Positions 56,027-64,000 of a stretch of 64,000 nucleotides of DNA are shown here, piece after piece (the stretch's first letter is position 1; each line of letters begins with the position of its first letter). Made by a program: the position numbers and the translations under genes. Origin of the DNA: Candidatus Latescibacterota bacterium (GTDB taxonomy: Bacteria > Latescibacterota > UBA2968 > UBA8231); assembly GCA_965203175.1 (NCBI GenBank), contig OZ241867.1, positions 416,001 to 480,000 of the forward strand, read 5' to 3'. Under the pieces are notes generated by a model that saw nothing but the letters and a program-made list of their open reading frames with translations, searched no databases and was not told the origin of the DNA.

Positions 56027-57175
56027 TCAAACTTTGAGGCCGAGTACGCGCGCGCAGGTCCCGCCCATGATCGCCGCCAGATCCTCAGCCGAGAGGAACT
56101 GGCAGTAGTCCTCAATCCAGCGGCGCGACTGGCGATAAGTGCAGAACCGGTTCTGGAAAGGCATGTCCGTACCCCACACCAGCCGCTCGGCACCAATGCG
56201 CTCGACCATCTGCTCAAGCGTCGGCCGCAGCTCGCGGTACGGGTAGTCGAACAAGTCGCCGAGGCGCACCGGGAAGCAGACCTCTATGCTCAAATTCGGA
56301 TTGTCGAAGGGAGCCCATATCTCGTCGGGCAGTTCAATCCGACTCGGGGAGCCGACGGGATCGTCGTCGAGGAAGAGACGCCACGGGAAGCCATGCGTGA
56401 GGCTGCATAGCACATCCGGGTAGCGCTCCATCCAGCGCACCAAGATGTCGAGTTCGGCCAAGTAGCCACGCCGCCGACTCTCCACAGTCTGCAATACCGA
56501 TGCTTCGCCCGGCCCGGTGCCGAGCGTAAAAAACACGGGCACGCCGAGCGCGGCCACCGCCTCCCAAAACGGACGCAAGTGCTCCCCATCCCACGGGTCG
56601 GAGCGATAGTAATAGGCGTGAGGAGGGTTGAACTTGATCGCGTGCAGGCCGTGCCCCTCGACAGCGGCGACGGTCTCGGCGATGACGGCATCGAGTTCGC
56701 CGGCCAAGCGCCACTCATCGACGGGAGCCATCGAATAAATGCGCTCTGGATCAACGGCGACCGACTCCGCCTGGAACGCGGGATCGCGGCCCAGCATGGC
56801 ATCGACGTGCAACAGGACCTTGTCGACGCCGGCGTAGTCCATTTCGGCCAGCAAGTTGTGGGGCGTGTACTCCAAGTGGGGCAAGTTGGGCGGATAGAAC
56901 TGCTTGGTGAAATCCTCGCCGTCTATCGTCCACACCACCCGGCCCTTGTCGTGGTCAACGCGGAAGCTGACATCGGGCAGGTTGTCGAAGTCCATGGCCC
57001 CACCGGGAGCTGCCAGCACATCGGAAGAAGCCGGTGCGCGGTCGCGGATGCGCCAAGCGGGCTGGTGGTGAGATGCCTGACCGCCCTGGACCCAGCGCAA
57101 GTGATCAGCGGCGGTGGGATGCCCGGCGGGAGAGTCGGCGGGGGGGAAGCAGTAGGCATGAGAGTCGATAATCAT
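56027..57175 (-). CDS. Amidohydrolase_2 family protein
   Basis: Start MIIDSHAY at 57175; EMDYAGVD, THG, WGTDMP. Confidence 0.85.
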   Translation of the reverse strand: MIIDSHAYCFPPADSPAGHPTAADHLRWVQGGQASHHQPAWRIRDRAPASSDVLAAPGGAMDFDNLPDVSFRVDHDKGRVVWTIDGEDFTKQFYPPNLPHLEYTPHNLLAEMDYAGVDKVLLHVDAMLGRDPAFQAESVAVDPERIYSMAPVDEWRLAGELDAVIAETVAAVEGHGLHAIKFNPPHAYYYRSDPWDGEHLRPFWEAVAALGVPVFFTLGTGPGEASVLQTVESRRRGYLAELDILVRWMERYPDVLCSLTHGFPWRLFLDDDPVGSPSRIELPDEIWAPFDNPNLSIEVCFPVRLGDLFDYPYRELRPTLEQMVERIGAERLVWGTDMPFQNRFCTYRQSRRWIEDYCQFLSAEDLAAIMGGTCARVLGLKV

Positions 57176-57221
57176 GGGCAGCACCTTAGCAGTAGCGGTC
57201 GGAGGACGTCCGAATGCGCAC

Positions 57222-58127
57222 TCACGAGAGCTCCCGCGCGAATTCGTAGGTCCAGTCGACGACCCGGAAACCGTAGTTGGTATAGAACAAGAAGGCGCGG
57301 TCGTTGTCAAAAGCAGTGCTTATGGCACCGTGGCGATAGCCGCGCTCGCGCGCCAAGTACATGGCGTGGGCCAGCAGGAAGCGTCCGAGGCCGCGACCTT
57401 GGTGCTCCTCTTCCACGCCGAGCCACTCGCAGAACGCGAAGTCGTGGGCCTCGTCGGCAGCGGAGGACCCAGCACCGCTGATCAACTCGCACTCGCCGAT
57501 GCCGTCGCCGTTCTGAATGGCTCGGACCCGCAACCCCGGTCGGGGACCGGCCCCCGGGCAATCCTCGACGCAAAGCTCGTAATCAAGGCCACTAGCATCA
57601 CTAGCCGGCTTTGGCTGCATGTCCAGCCAGTCGAGAAACACCTCACCGCCAGTCTTGGCGTAGCCGCGAAAGCGCACTAGGGCCTGCACGTGGTCGAGGT
57701 GATCGGACAAGTAGGCGTGGGGGAAGGCGTAAAACGGGTAACGCCAAGGTTGTGGCATGACGACGCTGCGCCGCAAATCCCGTTCGAGCATCCAAGATTC
57801 AGCCGCGGCCAACAGCGCATCGCCCACGGCGCGCTCGCCGCGGCGGTAGGCTAAGAAGCGGATCACGCCGATCTCGTCCTTCTGCCACTTGTTCGTCGCT
57901 TGGCGGCCGACGTGGACGAACCCGTCGCCACCTGACCCTGCCACGAGGACAGCCTGCTCGAGAAGCTGCGTCTCCTCGCGCTCGATTTCACCTGCCTGTA
58001 GCGTTTCATCGAGAGAGGATGGTGCCACCGGCCAGCAGTGAGGGACGCGCCCGACGAGCAATGCGTTGTAGAGATCGTGGATAGCGGACAGATCGTCCGG
58101 CAGGTAGGGTCGGACCGCAATTGTCAT
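57222..58127 (-). CDS. Tandem-domain GNAT N-acetyltransferase
   Basis: Motif A V.EEHQGRGLGRFLL, N..A..FY...GF; degenerate N-terminal GNAT domain. Confidence 0.85.
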   Translation of the reverse strand: MTIAVRPYLPDDLSAIHDLYNALLVGRVPHCWPVAPSSLDETLQAGEIEREETQLLEQAVLVAGSGGDGFVHVGRQATNKWQKDEIGVIRFLAYRRGERAVGDALLAAAESWMLERDLRRSVVMPQPWRYPFYAFPHAYLSDHLDHVQALVRFRGYAKTGGEVFLDWLDMQPKPASDASGLDYELCVEDCPGAGPRPGLRVRAIQNGDGIGECELISGAGSSAADEAHDFAFCEWLGVEEEHQGRGLGRFLLAHAMYLARERGYRHGAISTAFDNDRAFLFYTNYGFRVVDWTYEFARELS

Positions 58128-58342
58128 GGAAGGAAGAGTATATCTCTTAAAGAATGATGTCAACGAAAGGGATCTAGCGCGCCAGATTCAAGGATCGAGC
58201 GCAGCTTGACCCACCATCAGAAACGCTGTTTATTCGGTCCTATCCACTGTCGTCTCCAACCTTGCGCAACCACGGCTCCCATCACTCCAAGACACTCCAG
58301 AGTGCCGAAGGAGTGACCTGGTCGCTACCGTGGAGAAAAACC

Positions 58343-59479
58343 ATGTCCCTAGAACGAGCGATGAAGCGAATACTATTAGCACTAGTAGCGATGGCGATTG
58401 CAGCCTCGGCTTGGGGAGATGAAATCGGCGAAGCGGGACGGTTACCCGTCGGGACAGTAGCTGCTGAAGATGGGGAAACAGACGCCCTCACCGATATGTT
58501 GCGCTCTGAAGAGCTGAGCTTAGGTCTGATCGTGGGGGCGTTGGCGCTGGCCCTTTTTCTAGGCGCGGCGCATGGCCTAGAGCCGGGGCATGGCAAGACC
58601 ATCGTCGCCGCCTATCTCGTCGGCGCGCGCGGCACCGTGGGCAATGCCCTCTTTCTCGGCGGGGTAGTCGCCCTGACGCATACCTCCAGCGTCATTTTGT
58701 TGGGTCTAGTAGCGCTCTTTGCCTCCCAGTACATTCTTCCGGAACAAATTTTCCCCTATCTCGGCACGGCGTCCGGTCTCCTGATCATGGGGCTAGGCAC
58801 ATGGCTTTTGGTCAATCATCTCAGAGGCCGCGGCCTTGTTCCCAGCCACGCCCACGAAGAAGAGCATCTCCACGAGCACATTCACAGCCACGCCCATGGA
58901 GAGTATCTCCACGGACACAGCCACGAAGAAGAGCATCTCCACGAGTACGTCTACAGCCACGCCCACGAAGAAGAGCATCTCCACGAGCACGTCCACAGCC
59001 ACGCCCATGGAGAACATCATCACGGCCCCAGCCATAGCCACGACGAGGAACATCACCACAGACATGGCCATAGCCATGAAGAAGAGCACCACGGCCACCG
59101 CGATCACCCTCATGGGGAACATCATCACGGCCACGGCCATAGCCATGAAATACCGAACAAAGTGACCCTCGGTAGTTTGCTAACGCTGGGGATTTCCGGC
59201 GGTATCGTCCCTTGTACAGGGGCCTTGGTGATCTTATTGCTAGCAGTGGCCTTGCATCGCATTGCCTTTGGTTTGCTGCTTCTGGTGACTTTCAGCGTCG
59301 GCCTGGCCTCGATCCTCATCGCCATCGGCGTGCTCATCGTCAAGGCGCGCCCGCTCGTGGAGCGCTTCTCGGGCGACGGCCGTTGGATTCAGCGGTTGCC
59401 CATTGCGAGTGCAGTGGTCATCATCGCCGTCGGCTGCGCCATAACCTTCAGAACGCTAATGCACTCGGGGATTATGTAG
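58343..59479 (+). CDS. rcnA: RcnA/NicO-family nickel/cobalt efflux transporter with long His-rich loop
   Basis: GAAHGLEPGHGKT (family signature HALEPGHxKT), HT, GISGGIVPC..A; RBS GGAG before ATG 58343. Confidence 0.85.
   Translation: MSLERAMKRILLALVAMAIAASAWGDEIGEAGRLPVGTVAAEDGETDALTDMLRSEELSLGLIVGALALALFLGAAHGLEPGHGKTIVAAYLVGARGTVGNALFLGGVVALTHTSSVILLGLVALFASQYILPEQIFPYLGTASGLLIMGLGTWLLVNHLRGRGLVPSHAHEEEHLHEHIHSHAHGEYLHGHSHEEEHLHEYVYSHAHEEEHLHEHVHSHAHGEHHHGPSHSHDEEHHHRHGHSHEEEHHGHRDHPHGEHHHGHGHSHEIPNKVTLGSLLTLGISGGIVPCTGALVILLLAVALHRIAFGLLLLVTFSVGLASILIAIGVLIVKARPLVERFSGDGRWIQRLPIASAVVIIAVGCAITFRTLMHSGIM
58844..59149 (+). repeat. His/Glu-rich degenerate tandem repeat inside the rcnA-like gene
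   Basis: Recurrent AGCCACGCCCACGAAGAAGAGCATCTCCACGAG (SHAHEEEHLHE) units; about 43 His in 102 codons by hand count. Confidence 0.9.
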
Positions 59480-59536
59480 GGGAAGCACCCATTGCTCTTG
59501 GCGCTGATCCTCGCTCAAGGTTGCCATCGCCTCACC

Positions 59537-59576
59537 AAAAAAGAAGGGGAACCTCTCAAGGAGGTCCCCCTTTTTT
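59537..59576. terminator. Bidirectional intrinsic terminator between the rcnA-like gene and gltD
   Basis: AAAAAAGAAGGGGAACCTC-TCAAG-GAGGTCCCCCTTTTTT between convergent genes. Confidence 0.8.
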
Positions 59577-59594
59577 CGTACAACCTGCCGCTGC

Positions 59595-61088
59595 TCAGGG
59601 TAGCTGCGTGCTGCCCATCAGATAGCGGTCCACCTCGCGGGCGGCACCCCGCCCCTCGTTGATCGCCCACACGACCAAACTCTGGCCGCGCCGCATGTCG
59701 CCAGCGGCGAAAACGCCTTCGACGCTAGTGGCGTATTTCTCGTACGCAGCGCGGGCGTTGGAGCGCTCATCGCGCTCGATGCCTAGCTGTTCGAGCATTG
59801 CGTCCTCTGGCCCGCGAAACCCCATCGCCAATAGCACCAAGTCGGCCGGCCAGACCTTCTCGGTGCCCTCGATCGGCACGGGCGTGAAGCGGCCATTTTC
59901 ATCCTTGTCCCACTCGATATTGACCGTGTGTAACTCCTTGACGCGGCCCTCGTCGTCGCCGACGAACCGCTGGGTCATAATCAGATACGTGCGCGGATCG
60001 TCGCCGAAGCGGGCTTTGGCTTCCTCTTGGCCGTAGTCGAGCTTATAGACGTTGGGCCACTGCGGCCAGGGGTTGTTGGGCGCGCGCTCGTCCGGCGGCC
60101 GTGGCATGATCTCGAATTGCGAGAGCGTCTTGCATTCGTGGCGCATTGACGTGCCGACGCAGTCGGTGCCGGTGTCGCCGCCGCCGATGACAATCACGTG
60201 CTTGTTCTTGGCCGAGATGTAGTTGCCGTCCGCGTGATTGGAGTCGAGCAGGCTCTTGGTGTTGGCGTGCAAAAAGTTCATCGCAAAGTAGATGCCCTGC
60301 AGATCCCGCCCCTCAATCGGCAGATCGTTGGGCTTGGTGGCCCCGCCGCAGAGCACTAGCGCGTCATTTTCTTCCACTAGCTGCGTCGCCGGGAGATCCA
60401 CGCCGATCTCAGTGCGAGTGACGAACTTGACGCCCTCGGCCTCCATGAGGTCGATCCGGCGTTGTACCACCTTTTTCTTGTCGAGCTTCATGTTGGGTAT
60501 CCCGTACATCAGCAGACCGCCGATGCGATCGGCCCGCTCGTACACGGTCACCCAGTGGCCGGCGCGATTGAGCTGGGCGGCACAGGCCAAACCCGCGGGG
60601 CCTGAGCCGACGACGGCGACCTTCCTGCCGGTGCGCTTATCGGGCGGCTCGGGCACAACCCAGCCCATCTCAAAGCCCTTATCGACAATGGCGCACTCGA
60701 CGCTCTTGATCGTCACCGGCGGGGCGTTGATCCCCACCACGCAGGCCCCCTCGCAGGGTGCCGGGCAAACCCGGCCAGTAAACTCCGGGAAGTTGTTGGT
60801 CTTGTGCAGTCGCTCTAGCGCTTCCTGCCACAACCCGCGATAGACTAAGTCGTTCCATTCGGGGATCAGGTTGTTGATCGGGCAGCCAGATCCTTTGTCG
60901 CCCTGACTGACGATGTCGCCCAAGTGGCAAAAGGGGATGCCGCAGTCCATACAGCGCGCGCCCTGATCGCGCAGGCGCTCGTCGGGGAAATGCTCGTGGA
61001 ACTCGTCCCAGTCCGCGACGCGCTCTAATGGATCGCGGTCTTGCGGCAACTCGCGTGCAAATTCGATGAATCCAGTGGGTTTACCCAT
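59595..61088 (-). CDS. gltD: Glutamate synthase small subunit
   Basis: True start MGKPTGF at 61088; [58 protein letters not shown]. Confidence 0.97.
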   Translation of the reverse strand: MGKPTGFIEFARELPQDRDPLERVADWDEFHEHFPDERLRDQGARCMDCGIPFCHLGDIVSQGDKGSGCPINNLIPEWNDLVYRGLWQEALERLHKTNNFPEFTGRVCPAPCEGACVVGINAPPVTIKSVECAIVDKGFEMGWVVPEPPDKRTGRKVAVVGSGPAGLACAAQLNRAGHWVTVYERADRIGGLLMYGIPNMKLDKKKVVQRRIDLMEAEGVKFVTRTEIGVDLPATQLVEENDALVLCGGATKPNDLPIEGRDLQGIYFAMNFLHANTKSLLDSNHADGNYISAKNKHVIVIGGGDTGTDCVGTSMRHECKTLSQFEIMPRPPDERAPNNPWPQWPNVYKLDYGQEEAKARFGDDPRTYLIMTQRFVGDDEGRVKELHTVNIEWDKDENGRFTPVPIEGTEKVWPADLVLLAMGFRGPEDAMLEQLGIERDERSNARAAYEKYATSVEGVFAAGDMRRGQSLVVWAINEGRGAAREVDRYLMGSTQLP

Positions 61089-61102
61089 TGATTTTTTCCT
61101 GT

Positions 61103-64000
61103 TTAGGACGCTTCGGCCATGGCCTCGCGAAAGGCGACCAGCGCGGCCTCGTCGCCGGTCAACCCGCGTTCTTCGACTCGCTTGAAGGCGTTGAGCATCT
61201 TGCGGTAATCGCGCGGCATGACCTTGACGAACCGGGGCAGCACCGCATCCCACTGGGCCAAGATCCGCTGGCCCAGTGCGCTGTTGGTGTGCTGCACGTG
61301 GCGCTCGATCATGGTCCGCAGCTCGGCGATATCCTCGGCGTCCTCTACCGGCCCCATGTCGGCCATTTCGTCGTTGAAGCGGATCGCAAAGTCGCCCTCT
61401 TCGTCGAGCACGTAGGCAATGCCGCCCGACATCCCAGCGCCGAAATTGCGGCCCGTGCTGCCCAGCACCACGACCCGCCCGCCGGTCATGTACTCGCAAC
61501 CGTGGTCGCCGACGCCCTCTACTACGGCGTGGACTCCGCTGTTGCGCACGCAGAAGCGCTCGCCAGCAATGCCGTGGATATAGGCTTCGCCGGAGGTAGC
61601 GCCATAGAAGGCGACGTTGCCGCAAATGATGTTCTCCCACGGCACGAAGGTAGAGCCTTTGGGCGGATAGAGCACCAGCTTGGCACCCGAAAGCCCTTTG
61701 CCAAAGTAGTCGTTGGCGTCGCCTTCGACTTCCATAGTCAGGCCCTTAGGAGTAAAGGCGGCAAAGCTCTGGCCAGCGGCACCTGTAAACTTGAGGCGGA
61801 TAGTGTCCTCAGGCAGGCCCTCGGGGCCATAGCGCCTAGTCACCTCGCTGCCGAGGATGGTGCCTGTGACTCGGTTGGTATTTTCGATTGGCAACTCCGC
61901 CGCGACTGGTTCGCCGCTTTCAAGGGCCGGTTTGCACAACTCCAGCAAGGTGGTGTTGTCGAGCGCCTCGTCCAGCCCGTGATCCTGTGGAATCTGGCAG
62001 TAGCGCCCGACTTGGAGGCCGACCTCGGGCTGGTGCAAGATCGGCGTCAGATCAATGCCAGCCGTCTTCCACAACGCAATAGCCTTCTTGGGCTCGAGCC
62101 GGTCGGTGCGGCCAATCATCTCATTGACCGTGCGGAAGCCGAGCTCAGCCATGATCTCGCGCATGTCCTCGGCGACAAAGCGCAGGAAGTTGACCACGTG
62201 ATCGGGAGTGCCGGTGAACTTGGCGCGCAGTTCCGGATTTTGGGTCGCCACGCCCACCGGACAGGTGTCGAGATGACAGACCCGCATCATAATGCAGCCC
62301 ATCGCAACCAGCGCCGTGGTCGCGAAGCCGAATTCCTCGGCACCCAGCAACGCGGCGACAACTACGTCGCGCCCGGTTTTGAGCTGGCCGTCGGTCTCGA
62401 CGACGATGCGGCTGCGCAGGTCGTTGAGCACCAGCGTCTGATGCGTTTCGGCCAATCCCAGTTCCCAAGGCAGGCCCGCGTGCTTGATCGAGGTCTGCGG
62501 TGAGGCCCCGGTGCCGCCGTCGTGGCCCGAAATCAGCACCACATCCGCGTGTCCCTTGGCCACCCCAGCGGCGACGGTACCGACCCCGAACTCAGAGACC
62601 AGCTTGACGTTGATCCTCGCATCGACATTTGAATTTTTGAGATCGTGGATTAGCTGCGCCAAGTCCTCAATCGAGTAGATATCGTGGTGCGGCGGCGGCG
62701 AGATCAGCTCTACGCCTGGGGTCGAGTGGCGCACCTTGGCGATCCAGGGATAGACCTTGGGGCCGGGCAACTCGCCGCCCTCGCCCGGCTTGGCACCCTG
62801 AGCCATCTTGATTTGCAACTCTTTGGCCTGAGTCAAATAGTGACTCGTCACGCCAAAGCGCCCAGAGGCCACCTGCTTGATGGCACTGTTTTTGGAGTCG
62901 CCGTTGGGCTCGATCACGTAGCGGGCCGGATCTTCGCCGCCTTCGCCGGTATTGCTCTTGCCGCCGAGACGATTCATGGCGATGGCCAAATCTTCGTGCG
63001 CCTCCTTGCTAATCGAACCGTAGGACATCGCCCCGCTCTTGAAGCGCCGGGTGATCTCCTCGACCGGCTCGACTTCCTCGATGGGTATCGGCTCGGCATT
63101 GCCCTTGAACTCCAACAGGCTCCGCAAGGTCGCCAAGCGCTCGGACTGGTCGTTGATCAACTCGGCGTACTGCTTGTACACCGCGTAGTCGTTGGCGCGC
63201 GACGCCCGCTGCAGCAGGTGGATCGTCTTGGGGTTGAATAGGTGATGCTCGCCGCCCTTACGCCATTGGTAGTGACCGCCCACGTCGAGGGTGCGGCCGT
63301 TGGTCGGGATCTGGGGAAAGGCCGCCTCGTGGCGCGCTAGAGCCTCGCGGGCAATGTCCTCAATGCTCATGCCCTTCACTTGGGTCGTGGTCCAAGTGAA
63401 GTACTGATCTACCACTTCTTGGTTCAGCCCCACGGTCTCGAAAATCTGCGCGCCCCGATACGACTTGATCGTCGAGATGCCCATCTTGGCCATTACCTTG
63501 ACCGTGCCCTTGATCGCCGCGTAGATGTAGCGCTCCTCGGCTTCCTCATAGGTATAGCCTTCGAGCATGTTTTCGCGGATCATGTCGTTGAGACTCTCAA
63601 ACGCCATGTAGGGGTTGATCGCCTGAGCGCCATAGCCCAACAGCAGGCAGAAGTGATGCACCTCGCGCGGCTCGCCCGACTCGAGTGCCAAACCGACGCG
63701 AGTGCGAGTCTCTAGCCGCACCAAGTGATGATGCACCCCAGACACGGCCAACAGCGCCGGAATCGGCGCGTTATCAGCATCTACTCCCCGGTCCGAGAGG
63801 ATGATCAGGTTGCACCCCTCGGCGATGGCCGCATCGACCTTGGCGCACAGCGCGTCCATGGCCTTAGCGAGACCGGCCTCGCCATCCGCGCGCTTGAACA
63901 GAATCGGAATCGTCTCCGCCTTGTGGCCAGAGAGATTAACCTGCCGGAGCCTTTCCAACTCGTCGTTTTTGAGAATCGGCCGCTGCAAGGTGATCTGGCG
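61103..64000 (-). CDS. gltB: Glutamate synthase large subunit (N-terminus outside the window)
   Basis: [68 protein letters not shown] repeats. Confidence 0.97.
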   Translation of the reverse strand, partial: RQITLQRPILKNDELERLRQVNLSGHKAETIPILFKRADGEAGLAKAMDALCAKVDAAIAEGCNLIILSDRGVDADNAPIPALLAVSGVHHHLVRLETRTRVGLALESGEPREVHHFCLLLGYGAQAINPYMAFESLNDMIRENMLEGYTYEEAEERYIYAAIKGTVKVMAKMGISTIKSYRGAQIFETVGLNQEVVDQYFTWTTTQVKGMSIEDIAREALARHEAAFPQIPTNGRTLDVGGHYQWRKGGEHHLFNPKTIHLLQRASRANDYAVYKQYAELINDQSERLATLRSLLEFKGNAEPIPIEEVEPVEEITRRFKSGAMSYGSISKEAHEDLAIAMNRLGGKSNTGEGGEDPARYVIEPNGDSKNSAIKQVASGRFGVTSHYLTQAKELQIKMAQGAKPGEGGELPGPKVYPWIAKVRHSTPGVELISPPPHHDIYSIEDLAQLIHDLKNSNVDARINVKLVSEFGVGTVAAGVAKGHADVVLISGHDGGTGASPQTSIKHAGLPWELGLAETHQTLVLNDLRSRIVVETDGQLKTGRDVVVAALLGAEEFGFATTALVAMGCIMMRVCHLDTCPVGVATQNPELRAKFTGTPDHVVNFLRFVAEDMREIMAELGFRTVNEMIGRTDRLEPKKAIALWKTAGIDLTPILHQPEVGLQVGRYCQIPQDHGLDEALDNTTLLELCKPALESGEPVAAELPIENTNRVTGTILGSEVTRRYGPEGLPEDTIRLKFTGAAGQSFAAFTPKGLTMEVEGDANDYFGKGLSGAKLVLYPPKGSTFVPWENIICGNVAFYGATSGEAYIHGIAGERFCVRNSGVHAVVEGVGDHGCEYMTGGRVVVLGSTGRNFGAGMSGGIAYVLDEEGDFAIRFNDEMADMGPVEDAEDIAELRTMIERHVQHTNSALGQRILAQWDAVLPRFVKVMPRDYRKMLNAFKRVEERGLTGDEAALVAFREAMAEAS

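Noticed and set aside
61089-61640. N-terminal extension of the 681-aa ORF containing gltD
   Set aside because: Overlaps gltB in another frame; the canonical GltD start MGKPTGF is at 61088.

Overview
GC-rich bacterial genomic window. Gene content points to an FCB-group organism such as Latescibacterota/Gemmatimonadota-related, possibly a marine sponge symbiont; this is inference only. 1-20.5 kb: catabolic and housekeeping genes (Gfo/Idh/MocA oxidoreductases, MFS, class I DAHP synthase, amidohydrolase, Ldh_2 and D-2-hydroxyacid dehydrogenases, Nudix, esterase, MetE-like, NTP transferase, Uma2, rhomboid, a plant-like TrpD-fold protein). This block is interrupted at about 8.2-10.9 kb by a three-gene islet (XRE HTH, Schlafen/AlbA_2-HATPase, AT-rich HNH nuclease) that looks like a defence module. 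20.8-29.1 kb: a seven-gene envelope operon (DUF3347 lipoprotein, GldA/GldF/double-GldG-like ABC, DUF4340, second ABC pair). It converges on the most striking feature, at 29.1-49 kb: five tandem genes for secreted acidic Calx-beta/Ig-repeat proteins of 544-2505 aa. All five end in the same 294-bp FlgD-Ig/T9SS-type-A-like C-terminal sorting domain and are followed by a homologous covarying hairpin. Four share a homologous signal peptide, and three share a conserved RBS leader. They form an A-B-A'-B'-C mosaic with swapped N-terminal domains. 49-64 kb: amidohydrolase, TonB receptor plus FecCD-type ABC importer, a GNAT/amidohydrolase/oxidoreductase cluster, a His-repeat RcnA-like Ni/Co exporter, gltD and partial gltB. 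No rRNA, tRNA, CRISPR array, integrase or transposase was recognised.
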